Assembly: GCA_027492035.1 (NCBI GenBank) | Contig: JAOZFT010000004.1 | Coordinates: 32,001 to 96,000 of the forward strand | DNA length: 64,000 nucleotides | Source of the DNA: Thermoproteota archaeon | GTDB taxonomy: Archaea > Korarchaeota > JAOZGF01 > JAOZFZ01 | Reading direction: 5' to 3' | Shown here: one piece after another, positions 28,615-37,582 of the stretch | How positions within the stretch are numbered: position 1 is the first letter of the stretch | Layout: each line of letters begins with the position of its first letter | Notes under the pieces: generated by a model | Databases searched by the model: none | Seen by the model: the letters and a program-made list of their open reading frames with translations, nothing else | What the model was told of the DNA's origin: nothing | Position numbers and translations under genes: made by a program

Positions 28615-30264
28615 TTAAAGTTTTTTGGCCTTTTGCCACTGTGAAGCATTTAATTTGTTGCTGATACATGCTTCCACAAATCCTTTAAACAACGGGTTAG
28701 GTCTTAACGGCCTTGAAGTGAATTCTGGGTGGAATTGACTGGAAACCATGAAAATGTGACCCGACAACTCTGCAATTTGCATTATTTTACCGTCAGGTGT
28801 TGTTCCTGAAAAAACAATTCCATTCTTTTCTAACACATCCACGTATTCCGGATTAATTTCATATCTATGTCTAAATCTTTCAACTACTTCTGTTTTCCCG
28901 TAAAGTTTGTATGCTAAGGTGTTAGGTTTTATTTTAACTCTTTGACCACCTAGTCTCATTGTTGCACCATATTTATGTTTTTCTATAAGCTTCTTCTGCC
29001 AAGGGAGGAGGTCAACAACGGGGTGAGGGGTATCTGGATCAACTTCAGTTGTATGGGCCCCTTTTAAGCCGCATACGTTTCTAGCGAATTCAACAATGGC
29101 TAACTGCATACCAAAACAAAGCCCCAAATAGGGGATGTTGTTCTCCCTTACATATTTGATTGCAGTTATCTTTCCTTCAACACCAAAGCTTCCAAAACCA
29201 CCTGGTACAATTACACCGTTAAACTTTTTCAGAGTAAATAAATTGGCTATGTTTTTCTCGAATGTTTTGGCGTCTATAAATTTAATATCTGGTTTAACGC
29301 TGCTATACCAGCAGGCGTGTTTAACTGCCTCTATTACTGAAATATAGGAGTCTGGTAACTTGAACCTCCCTGTATCAAAGTATTTCCCAACTATTGCTAT
29401 TTTTACGCTGTCATTTAACTTTTTAACTTTCTCAATGAATTCCCTCCATTTTTCAAACTTAGGTGTTCTTGAGGACATATGGAGTTTTTTCAATATTTTA
29501 TCTCCAAGTTTCTGTTTTTCAAATACTAGGGGGAGTTCATAGATGTTTTCTAGGTTAGGGTCTGAAATCACATATTCTTCTTTAACGTTAGAGAAAAGAG
29601 CTATTTTCTTTTTCCTTACTTCGTCCAAAGGTTCTTCAGACCTGCAAACAACAAAGTCGGGAAGGATACCTAACTCCCTTAATCTGGCGACACTATGCTG
29701 AGTTGGCTTTGTTTTAGCCTCTCCTAAATGTGGAGGGACAGGGACATAACTTACATGGACAAAAAGCACTTTTTCTCCGTCAAACTTCATTTGTCTTGCT
29801 GCTTCAAGAAAAAGAACGTTTTCGTAGTCACCCACAGTTCCACCTATCTCTATGAGTGCAAAGTCCATGTTGTCCGCTACACAACGATACCTTCTTTTTA
29901 TTTCATCAGTTACGTGAGGGATAGGTTGAACTGTTTGTCCAAGGTATTCGCCACTTCTTTCCTTCATTATTACTTCGTAAAAGACTTGTCCAGTGGTTAT
30001 GTTGTGGGATTTAGAGAGGTTCAAGTCTAGGAAGCGTTCATAATGTCCAAGGTCTTGGTCTATTTCTCCACCGTCTTCTGTAACCCAAACCTCCCCATGT
30101 TCCGTGGGGCGGAGAGTACCGGCGTCGAAATTAATGTAGGGGTCTACCTTTGCAGCTGTCACTTTAAACCCTCTGAATTGAAGCATTTTAGCTATGGAGG
30201 CAGTTGCAACACCTTTCCCTAAACCACTTAGAACACCGCCTGTGACAAAAATATAAACAACCAT
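28615..30264 (-). CDS. pyrG: CTP synthase
   Basis: FVTGGVLSGLGKG, DPYIN.DAGT, EIGGTVGD, KTKPTQHSV, GLCFGMQ, ERFRHRYE, QFHPEF. Confidence 0.97.
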   Translation of the reverse strand: MVVYIFVTGGVLSGLGKGVATASIAKMLQFRGFKVTAAKVDPYINFDAGTLRPTEHGEVWVTEDGGEIDQDLGHYERFLDLNLSKSHNITTGQVFYEVIMKERSGEYLGQTVQPIPHVTDEIKRRYRCVADNMDFALIEIGGTVGDYENVLFLEAARQMKFDGEKVLFVHVSYVPVPPHLGEAKTKPTQHSVARLRELGILPDFVVCRSEEPLDEVRKKKIALFSNVKEEYVISDPNLENIYELPLVFEKQKLGDKILKKLHMSSRTPKFEKWREFIEKVKKLNDSVKIAIVGKYFDTGRFKLPDSYISVIEAVKHACWYSSVKPDIKFIDAKTFEKNIANLFTLKKFNGVIVPGGFGSFGVEGKITAIKYVRENNIPYLGLCFGMQLAIVEFARNVCGLKGAHTTEVDPDTPHPVVDLLPWQKKLIEKHKYGATMRLGGQRVKIKPNTLAYKLYGKTEVVERFRHRYEINPEYVDVLEKNGIVFSGTTPDGKIMQIAELSGHIFMVSSQFHPEFTSRPLRPNPLFKGFVEACISNKLNASQWQKAKKL

Positions 30265-30319
30265 TTAATTACTCATCTCCCCTTTTTCCCAAATTTTGTG
30301 AAAGAGACTTGCTAAAATT

Positions 30320-30997
30320 TTAAATTAATCTCTTCTCAATTTGTTTTAAGTATTGGTTTCTTGTTTCAGAAAATTTAGGAATTATTATGTGAATCTCTCC
30401 GAAGTTTTCGTCTTGTGAGATGTCGATTTTCTTACTTTTAACAAGGAAAAGAATGGAAATAAAAAGATCTATTATTTCTTCTTTGGGTTTACCTGAAATT
30501 AAGGCTGTAAAAGAGATTTTGCTTTTTCGGAGAAGCATCAACAGGGAATAGGTTTTGTGTATAGTTTCTGAAAAGTCAAATGTAAATACTTTATTGCTGA
30601 ATTCTTCCCTTTCCTCTATCTTATTTACTTCTGTTTTTCTCCTCCAGTACTTTCCCATAGATGCTTTAAGTGCAGAAACTAGTTCATCGTAGGTTATAAA
30701 CTCCCTTGTTTTGAGAATAGGCACTAAATTTACTTCCTCTGGATTTGTTTCTACCTTACGCACTTGCCTTTTTGAAACTTGCTTTTTCTTTTTCAAAATG
30801 TACTCTATCTTCATCCTCAGAAGGATGGCAGCAGCTAAAATTACTCTTCCAGAAATTTTGAGGTCTACTTCCACTTTCTCTATTTCTTTTAAATACTCAT
30901 CTGCTAAAGCTGAAATATCTATTTCCCAAGGGTTAAATTTCTCTTTTACTATTCGGTAAAGTAACCCTTCCCAATCCCTGAAATTAATTTTTTTCAT
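30320..30997 (-). CDS. scpA: segregation/condensation protein A (kleisin)
   Basis: NPWEIDI..LADEYL, SGRVILAAAILLRMK, C-terminal FISILFL...QDENFGEI; ATGA overlap with smc. Confidence 0.9.
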   Translation of the reverse strand: MKKINFRDWEGLLYRIVKEKFNPWEIDISALADEYLKEIEKVEVDLKISGRVILAAAILLRMKIEYILKKKKQVSKRQVRKVETNPEEVNLVPILKTREFITYDELVSALKASMGKYWRRKTEVNKIEEREEFSNKVFTFDFSETIHKTYSLLMLLRKSKISFTALISGKPKEEIIDLFISILFLVKSKKIDISQDENFGEIHIIIPKFSETRNQYLKQIEKRLI

Positions 30998-33849
30998 TTT
31001 TTAAACCTTAACATTACCACTCGCGAAAGGCCATCTTTCATTGTTACACCCACTAGCTGGTCAGCTTCAGCTAAAGTTTCCTTTTTAAGTGAAGCTAAAA
31101 TGAACTGGGTTTTTCTTGATTCCTCCTTTAACAACTTAGCGAATTTTTTACAGTTTAAAACATCCAAGGAGGAGTCAACTTCATCAAAAACATAGAAGGG
31201 AGATGGTTTAAATTTCTGGATAGCAAGTATGAAAGCTAAAGCCGTCAACGTTTTTTCTCCACCTGACAAAGCATCTATGTTAACTATTTTCTTTTCTGGA
31301 AGTTTAACTTCAATCACTAAACCGCTCTCTATTTCGTTTTCGTCCTCAAGCCTAAGTTTACCTTCTCCACCTGTTAGTTTATTAAAGACAAAGTTAAAGT
31401 TTGCAGAAACTTTTTCTAAAGTTTTTTTAAACACTTCCTTCTTTTTCTTTTCAATTTTATTAATTAAATCAAGTATTCTCTCCCTCTCCTCCAATACTTT
31501 TTGATACTTACTCTCTAAGTCATCTAATTCTTTTTTGAAAGAAAAATATTCCTCTTCAGCTTTGAAATTTAATTTCCCAAGCTGAGCAATCAATTTTTCA
31601 AGTTTTTCGATTTCCATCTTAGCCTTGTTTTCGTCTATGTCACCGAAAAGGTCTAGTCTTAAGCCTTTACTTTTCACTTCCTTCTTTAATCCTTCAAGTT
31701 CTGAATTTACTACAGCGAAGTTTATTTTTAGTTGCTCAAGTTGTTTTTTGCTCCATATGCTCTCCCTGAAAAAGCGGTCTTCTTCTTCCCTTAACTTTTT
31801 TAGATGCTCCTTAAGTTTTTTCCTTTTACTTCGCAATTCTTCAAAATTCATCCATTGATTTCCCATTTCAAGTAGTTTTTTATTTAATTCATTTATCTCC
31901 TTTTCTAGTTTAAGGTTTTCTTTTTCAAAGCGTTTTATTTCGTCTTCAACCTTAGTTCCTTTTTGGAAAACTGTTTTTTTAGCGTAGCCCCCAAAAACTA
32001 CACCATCTTTCTCAACTAAGTTACCGTTTAAATCCACTACCCGGTATTTCCCTATTTCACTTCTCCTTAATTTACGTATATCCTTTACAAGTAAGGTTCC
32101 CCCGAACACGTAATCAATTACTTTTCTGAATTTTTCGTCGTATTGAATGAAATCCTTTATTAAACCTAAACTTCTACTTTGCGGAGGTGGAGGTTTTTTT
32201 GTTTTGACGGTGTCTAATGGTATAAACCTTGCCCTTCCCACCTTTCCCTTTGTTAATATTTCTATACATTTCTTAGCTGTTTCAAAAGTATCAACCACTA
32301 TTAAGTTTAGTTTGGAACTTACCGATGACTCAATTGCTCTTTCATAGCCTTGTTTAGGTTTTATTAACTCGGAAAGTAAACCGTAAACCCCAGGTAGATT
32401 CTTGAGATGAATTGCTGCTTTTGGTTTAAATTTATCCAGGAGAGTGTTTAGTCTTTTAATTTCAGCTTCGTTAGCTTTCAGTTGAGCTTTTTTTACTTTT
32501 AAATTACTTTTTAAGTTTTCGTAACGTATAGATTCTGTTTCTTCAATTAATTTTTTCTCAATTCTTTCTATATCAGCCGTTTTCTCCCTTATTTCTTCCC
32601 TTATTTTGACTAATTCTTCATCATAATTTATTTTAGTGTAGTTTTTTATTTGGTTCTCTATTGAAGCCTTTTTCTCGTTTAAGCTTCTGAAACGGGAAAC
32701 TAAGATACTGTCTTCCAAGTGCTTCCTTCTTTCCTCTAGTTCAAAGTACTTCTTCATTTTTTCTATTTCTTTCTCTAAATTTTCAACTATTCTCCTTTTC
32801 TCGTCAATTATTATTTTTATTTCTTGGAGTTTTTGAAGAGTTTCCTCTAGCTTCTTTAAAGCTCTCTCTTTCTTTTCTTCATATTCACCTATGCCGCTTA
32901 TTTCGTCTATTATTCCTCTCCTTTCTACAGGTTTCATTTTAACAATTTTTGTTACGTCACCTTGTAACACAATGTTATGACCACTTGGTTGGAGACCATA
33001 CCTAGCTAACATGTCCATAACAACTGTCCTGGTTGCTCTTTCCCCGTTTAACCTGTAAACACTCTGTCCTTTATTTGAAATCTCTCTTGAGATTTCGATC
33101 TCTTCCCCTTCCCCCTTGAGCTTTAAAGAAACTTTAGCTTTCTTTTTTTTCAGTTTATTGCAAATTAATTGGGTTAAGTTTTCAGCTCTTAGGTTTTTGG
33201 AGCTTCTAACCCCTAATGTGAAGTTTATTGCTTCAATAATGTTTGAGTTGTGGATAAAAATGTTGTTACCTACAAAATTGTGTGTAAAGGGAATGAATAA
33301 ATCATAAACTTTCCCCTTCTCTTGGAAATAATTTATTTTCTTAATTATGTCAATTCCCAGTTTGTCACTTTTTTCCACATAAGAAAGTATTTTTATTCCT
33401 TCTTCCAAGCTTCTTGCTTCTAAAAACTTGAAGATGTTGTTTTGAATAACTAGAATGGGATGGTCAGAAGTTGTCTCTATTTTTCTCCCTTTAATTGTTT
33501 CTATTTCCAGTATTTCTCCGTTGTTCATTTTTTCTACGAAAAAAGACAATTTACTTTTGCAAAGGGAGCTGGTGGCTGGGTTAAAAGTAAGAATTTTGTA
33601 AGGGGATTCCTTCCAGTAGTAGAAAAAGCCTTCAGGTGAAGGTTTTCTTTCACCTTTCTTCTTTGCTTCATCCACTATTTTCTTTATTTCAAGTGGTTCA
33701 TTGTCTACTAACTGAATCAAAGTGTCCCCTTTTACACATTTCCCGCTTCCGTTAGGTCCAGTTATAGCATTAAAACCTGTTGAGAAGGGGATCTTAGCTC
33801 TTTTAAAGGATTTGAAATTTCTGAGGGTTATTGATTCAATTTTCAACAA
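30994..33849 (-). CDS. smc: chromosome segregation ATPase SMC (short-armed), intein-containing precursor
   Basis: NFKSF, Walker A GPNGSGK|SN split by an insert, Q-loop LQGDV, hinge GVYGLLSELI..GRARFIPLD..GGY, signature LSGGEK, Walker B FDEVDSSLD. Confidence 0.93.
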   Translation of the reverse strand: MLKIESITLRNFKSFKRAKIPFSTGFNAITGPNGSGKCVKGDTLIQLVDNEPLEIKKIVDEAKKKGERKPSPEGFFYYWKESPYKILTFNPATSSLCKSKLSFFVEKMNNGEILEIETIKGRKIETTSDHPILVIQNNIFKFLEARSLEEGIKILSYVEKSDKLGIDIIKKINYFQEKGKVYDLFIPFTHNFVGNNIFIHNSNIIEAINFTLGVRSSKNLRAENLTQLICNKLKKKKAKVSLKLKGEGEEIEISREISNKGQSVYRLNGERATRTVVMDMLARYGLQPSGHNIVLQGDVTKIVKMKPVERRGIIDEISGIGEYEEKKERALKKLEETLQKLQEIKIIIDEKRRIVENLEKEIEKMKKYFELEERRKHLEDSILVSRFRSLNEKKASIENQIKNYTKINYDEELVKIREEIREKTADIERIEKKLIEETESIRYENLKSNLKVKKAQLKANEAEIKRLNTLLDKFKPKAAIHLKNLPGVYGLLSELIKPKQGYERAIESSVSSKLNLIVVDTFETAKKCIEILTKGKVGRARFIPLDTVKTKKPPPPQSRSLGLIKDFIQYDEKFRKVIDYVFGGTLLVKDIRKLRRSEIGKYRVVDLNGNLVEKDGVVFGGYAKKTVFQKGTKVEDEIKRFEKENLKLEKEINELNKKLLEMGNQWMNFEELRSKRKKLKEHLKKLREEEDRFFRESIWSKKQLEQLKINFAVVNSELEGLKKEVKSKGLRLDLFGDIDENKAKMEIEKLEKLIAQLGKLNFKAEEEYFSFKKELDDLESKYQKVLEERERILDLINKIEKKKKEVFKKTLEKVSANFNFVFNKLTGGEGKLRLEDENEIESGLVIEVKLPEKKIVNIDALSGGEKTLTALAFILAIQKFKPSPFYVFDEVDSSLDVLNCKKFAKLLKEESRKTQFILASLKKETLAEADQLVGVTMKDGLSRVVMLRFKK
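33247..33738 (-). mobile_element. mini-intein (164 aa, no homing endonuclease) in SMC Walker A
   Basis: Block A CVKGDTLI, block B TTSDHPIL, block F VYDL..PFTHNF, block G IHN followed by Ser(+1); excision restores GPNGSGKSNI. Confidence 0.93.
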
Positions 33850-34119
33850 AGCAACCTCTCAAAAAGGGATGAAGGAAAATCTTTTGCAGAATCAACAATA
33901 AGGAAGAAACGTGTCCCCTTGAAAAGGATGAGAACTTTTAAAAGTTTATTTTTAAATTTTTATACTTAAAAGGAAAATTAAAAATCATTAAAACAATTTG
34001 ATGTTTTCCATTGGAAGGGACAGAGGGGTAAAAATAGGGCAGGGAGTTAATTTGTACTTGTTTGAAAACCCTTAAAAAGTTTTTTCATTAGAGAAATAAG
34101 GAAGTAATGGAGAAAAAAT

Positions 34120-35241
34120 ATGTGGATGCCCCAAAGGCTTGACGCTTTAACAGTCTGGTTTAATAAGGAAGTAAAGGAAAGATTAAAATGGTATTATGAA
34201 GTAATGGCTGAAAAGAAACCAGCTAAGTACTTGATCTGTAAAAGAGTACCTACAGAATTGAAACTGGAGGAAGCAAGTGAAAAAGAGCTGTGGAGCGAAC
34301 ATAAAAGGTTAAGTGAAGAGTTTAAAAAAATTTGGAACAAAATAAAAAAGGGAGAGTTAAAATTAAATGAGTTAAAAAGGGCAAAAACAAATTTTTTAAG
34401 CTTAAAGATAGAGATAGTAGAAAGGATACTGGAAAATTGCCATTTCTGCGAAAGAAAATGCAGAATCAACCGAAGAAAGGAGGTAGGGTACTGCAAGTTA
34501 AAAGATAAAAGTTATGTTGCATCCTTCTTCCTCCATTATGGTGAAGAAGCCCCTTTAGTCCCAAGTGGCACAATATTCTTTCTAGGTTGCAACTTCAGCT
34601 GTGTTTTTTGCCAAAACTGGGATATAAGTCAAGAATGGAGGAGAAACAACAGGGTAAACGGAGTTAAAGCAGATCCTGAAGTTTTAGCAAGAATCATCAA
34701 GGAACTAAAAAGTAAGAGGGCGAGGAATATTAATTTCGTTGGAGGCTCCCCTACCCCAAATTTGCACACGATTTTGAATTCCTTAAAGTACATAAGCGTC
34801 AACGTACCTCTGCTTTGGAACAGCAACTTCTACATGAGCATGGAAACAAACAAAATCTTAACTGAAGTGATTGATATATGCCTACCAGACTTAAAATATT
34901 TCAACGACGAATGTGCTTTAAGGTTGTCGAAGGTTCCAAAATATTTTGAAAAAGTGTCTAGGAACATCAAGTATTTTCATGATGAAGAAGTAGATACAAT
35001 CATTAGACACTTGGTTTTACCTAACCACCTGAATTGCTGCAGCAAACCCTTACTGGAATGGATAAGTGAAAACTGCCCACATGCCTTAGTGAATTGCATG
35101 AGTCAGTACAGACCTGAGTTTCTGTGCAAAAGACACCCTGCACAGTACCCTGACATAAACAGAAGACCTAGTCAAGAAGAAATGAAAGAGATACACAGTT
35201 ACTGCGACAAATTAGGTTTAGTGTGGCGTCCTATTTCCTAG
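34120..35241 (+). CDS. radical SAM protein, PflX-like
   Basis: CHFCERKC, HYGEEAPLVPSGTIFF.GCNFSCVFCQNWDISQ, NINFVGG, IRHLVLP, QYRP. Confidence 0.9.
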   Translation: MWMPQRLDALTVWFNKEVKERLKWYYEVMAEKKPAKYLICKRVPTELKLEEASEKELWSEHKRLSEEFKKIWNKIKKGELKLNELKRAKTNFLSLKIEIVERILENCHFCERKCRINRRKEVGYCKLKDKSYVASFFLHYGEEAPLVPSGTIFFLGCNFSCVFCQNWDISQEWRRNNRVNGVKADPEVLARIIKELKSKRARNINFVGGSPTPNLHTILNSLKYISVNVPLLWNSNFYMSMETNKILTEVIDICLPDLKYFNDECALRLSKVPKYFEKVSRNIKYFHDEEVDTIIRHLVLPNHLNCCSKPLLEWISENCPHALVNCMSQYRPEFLCKRHPAQYPDINRRPSQEEMKEIHSYCDKLGLVWRPIS

Positions 35242-35580
35242 GAAACACTGACATCTGATAATGAAAGGCAAGTCAGGGAAGAAACAGTACAAGGTTTTAT
35301 CAAATGAATAGAGGGAATATCAGAAAATGAATTTAAGGTCCGTATGGGTTTCATGTTGCAATTAAGATGCTATACAACACGGAATTCTTCAAGTAATAAA
35401 GAACCATGAAAACTTGAGAATTGGAAATAATCAAAAGTTAACTTTTCACTTAAGGAGGGTTATTTCTGGTTACTTTTCGTAATAACTAGATATATCGAAA
35501 AATTTAAAACTCTTAAATAACATTTCAATATCAATACATATTTAGGTATAGGAGGTAGGAGGGAAGGGGGAAGAAAAAAC

Positions 35581-36717
35581 GTGCTGAAGTTAATTTTCAA
35601 AATGGCTTTCAGAGATTTTATTATGCGTAAAGCAAGAACTATTTTAACAATTTTAGGTGTAGCTATCGGTATAGCTACAGTAGTTTCCCTTGTTTCAATT
35701 TCAACCGGAACTAAAGCGCAAATGGAGAAATCTTTAGCTGGATTAGCCGACTTCATGGTTTCTCCATCTAGTAACGCCTTCGGCACTGGAAGTAAAATGG
35801 ACTACACTTACTACCTTTACATCAGGGGATTCCCTGAAGTAGAAGCTGCTGCACCTTACTTGGAGGGGATACTGGCTGTTAATAATAAATTATCGCTTAT
35901 TATTGGATTGGATCCTTCCATCGACGCTATCCATAGCTCTCCAATAAAAGAGGGAAGAAGTATTAATTGGTCAGCTAAAGAAGCAGTTGCAGGATATGCA
36001 GCTGCTCAGTCACTCAACCTAAAAGTTAACATGATTTTACATATTTCTAAAGGACCTGGATACAAGGGAGAAGATTTTAAGCTTGTTTCAATTCTTGAAA
36101 GGACAGGAGGGTTCATAGATGGAGAGATATACATACCTTTACAGTACATGCAGAGAATAATGAAAGCTGAAGGTAAAATAAACGGTGTAATTATTAAGTT
36201 GAAAAGTCCTAACTTGGCGAATTCCTTCAAACAAAGAATAAAAAAGAACCTCCCTGACCTGGAAGTGTTCTCACCAGGGACCATAATGGAAAACATAGGA
36301 GAAGTTCTGTCTCTCCTGGACTCTGTTCTTCTTGCAATAAGTGGGGTATCTTTACTCGTAGGCGTAACAAGTGTTCTATCCACCATGATCACAAATGTAA
36401 TAGAGAAAACCAGGGAGATAGGGGTTATGAAAGCTATAGGGGCAAGTAGACGGCAAATATTAACTATTTTCCTTTTCCAATCCGTAATTGTTTGCTTAAT
36501 TGGGGGAATTTTGGGTGTTTTCTTCAGTATAGGGGTTTCTCCCTTCTTGGAGCAGCAAATTAGTTTAGCTTCCGGAATATCTTTCCAAGCTGTTTACTCC
36601 CCTGAACTTGTGCTTGGAGCAATTGCTTTATCGTGTTTGTTAGGTGTCGCCTCAGGTTTCATTCCTTCGTGGAAAGCAGCTAATATCCAACCCGTGGAGG
36701 CCCTAAAATATGAGTGA
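35581..36717 (+). CDS. ABC transporter permease, MacB/FtsX type
   Basis: RTILTILGVAIG, extracytoplasmic domain, [31 protein letters not shown]. Confidence 0.92.
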   Translation: MLKLIFKMAFRDFIMRKARTILTILGVAIGIATVVSLVSISTGTKAQMEKSLAGLADFMVSPSSNAFGTGSKMDYTYYLYIRGFPEVEAAAPYLEGILAVNNKLSLIIGLDPSIDAIHSSPIKEGRSINWSAKEAVAGYAAAQSLNLKVNMILHISKGPGYKGEDFKLVSILERTGGFIDGEIYIPLQYMQRIMKAEGKINGVIIKLKSPNLANSFKQRIKKNLPDLEVFSPGTIMENIGEVLSLLDSVLLAISGVSLLVGVTSVLSTMITNVIEKTREIGVMKAIGASRRQILTIFLFQSVIVCLIGGILGVFFSIGVSPFLEQQISLASGISFQAVYSPELVLGAIALSCLLGVASGFIPSWKAANIQPVEALKYE

Positions 36718-37582
36718 AAATATGGATAAAGTAGTAATAAAGTTAGTTGAATTAACTAAGATTTATGAAGTAGGAGTACCTGTGAAAGCTTTAGATAACG
36801 TAAATCTGGAGATAAGGAATGGTGAATTCGTTTCAATAGTGGGGCCTTCAGGTTCAGGAAAATCAACGCTTTTAAACATGATAGGTTGTATGGATAAACC
36901 TACTTACGGCAAAGTTTACGTAGATGAAGTTGATGTTACACAGTTGAAGGAAAAGGACTTAGTTAAGTTAAGGGCTGAGAAGATAGGTTTCGTTTTTCAA
37001 ATGTTTAATTTAATCTCTACCTTAACTGCTTTAGAAAACGTTCAACTACCCATGCTTTTTTTAGGCAAAGGATATAAGGAGTCTTTAGAAAGAGCTGCTT
37101 TGTTGCTTAGATTAGTTGGTTTATGGGATAGAATGAACCACAGGCCTCTCCAGTTAAGCGGTGGACAAAGGCAGAGAGTAGCCATAGCCAGAGCTTTAGC
37201 TAACGACCCTCCCATAATTCTAGCCGACGAACCAACCGGTAACTTGGACAGCAAAACCGGTCAAGAAATCATTGAAATTATGCGGGAAATAAATGAAGTG
37301 ACAAATAAAACATTTGTAATTGTTACCCATGACTTGGAGGTGGCTGAAAAAACCGACAGAATAATTTTCTTGAAGGATGGAAAAGTAATTACGGAGAAAG
37401 GTAAGATTGAAGAGAAGAAAAGTTCTATTGAAAAACTTTTGGGAGAGTTGGAGAAACTGAAGAGGGAACTGCTTCTTCTCAACATAATGAAGGAAAGCTT
37501 AGATGCTGAAACCTATAATTGGAAAAGGACGGAGATTTCGGAGAAGATAATGCAAATTGAGGAAGAGGTGGAGAGAAGGTGA
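36710..37582 (+). CDS. ABC transporter ATP-binding protein (LolD/MacB type) with C-terminal coiled-coil extension
   Basis: [37 protein letters not shown]. Confidence 0.94.
   Translation: MSENMDKVVIKLVELTKIYEVGVPVKALDNVNLEIRNGEFVSIVGPSGSGKSTLLNMIGCMDKPTYGKVYVDEVDVTQLKEKDLVKLRAEKIGFVFQMFNLISTLTALENVQLPMLFLGKGYKESLERAALLLRLVGLWDRMNHRPLQLSGGQRQRVAIARALANDPPIILADEPTGNLDSKTGQEIIEIMREINEVTNKTFVIVTHDLEVAEKTDRIIFLKDGKVITEKGKIEEKKSSIEKLLGELEKLKRELLLLNIMKESLDAETYNWKRTEISEKIMQIEEEVERR

Noticed and set aside
28396-28649. Overlapping small ORFs (82 aa +, 62 aa -) in the trpS-pyrG gap
   Set aside because: No RBS or recognisable motif, they overlap the pyrG end, and they have low-complexity AT-rich composition.
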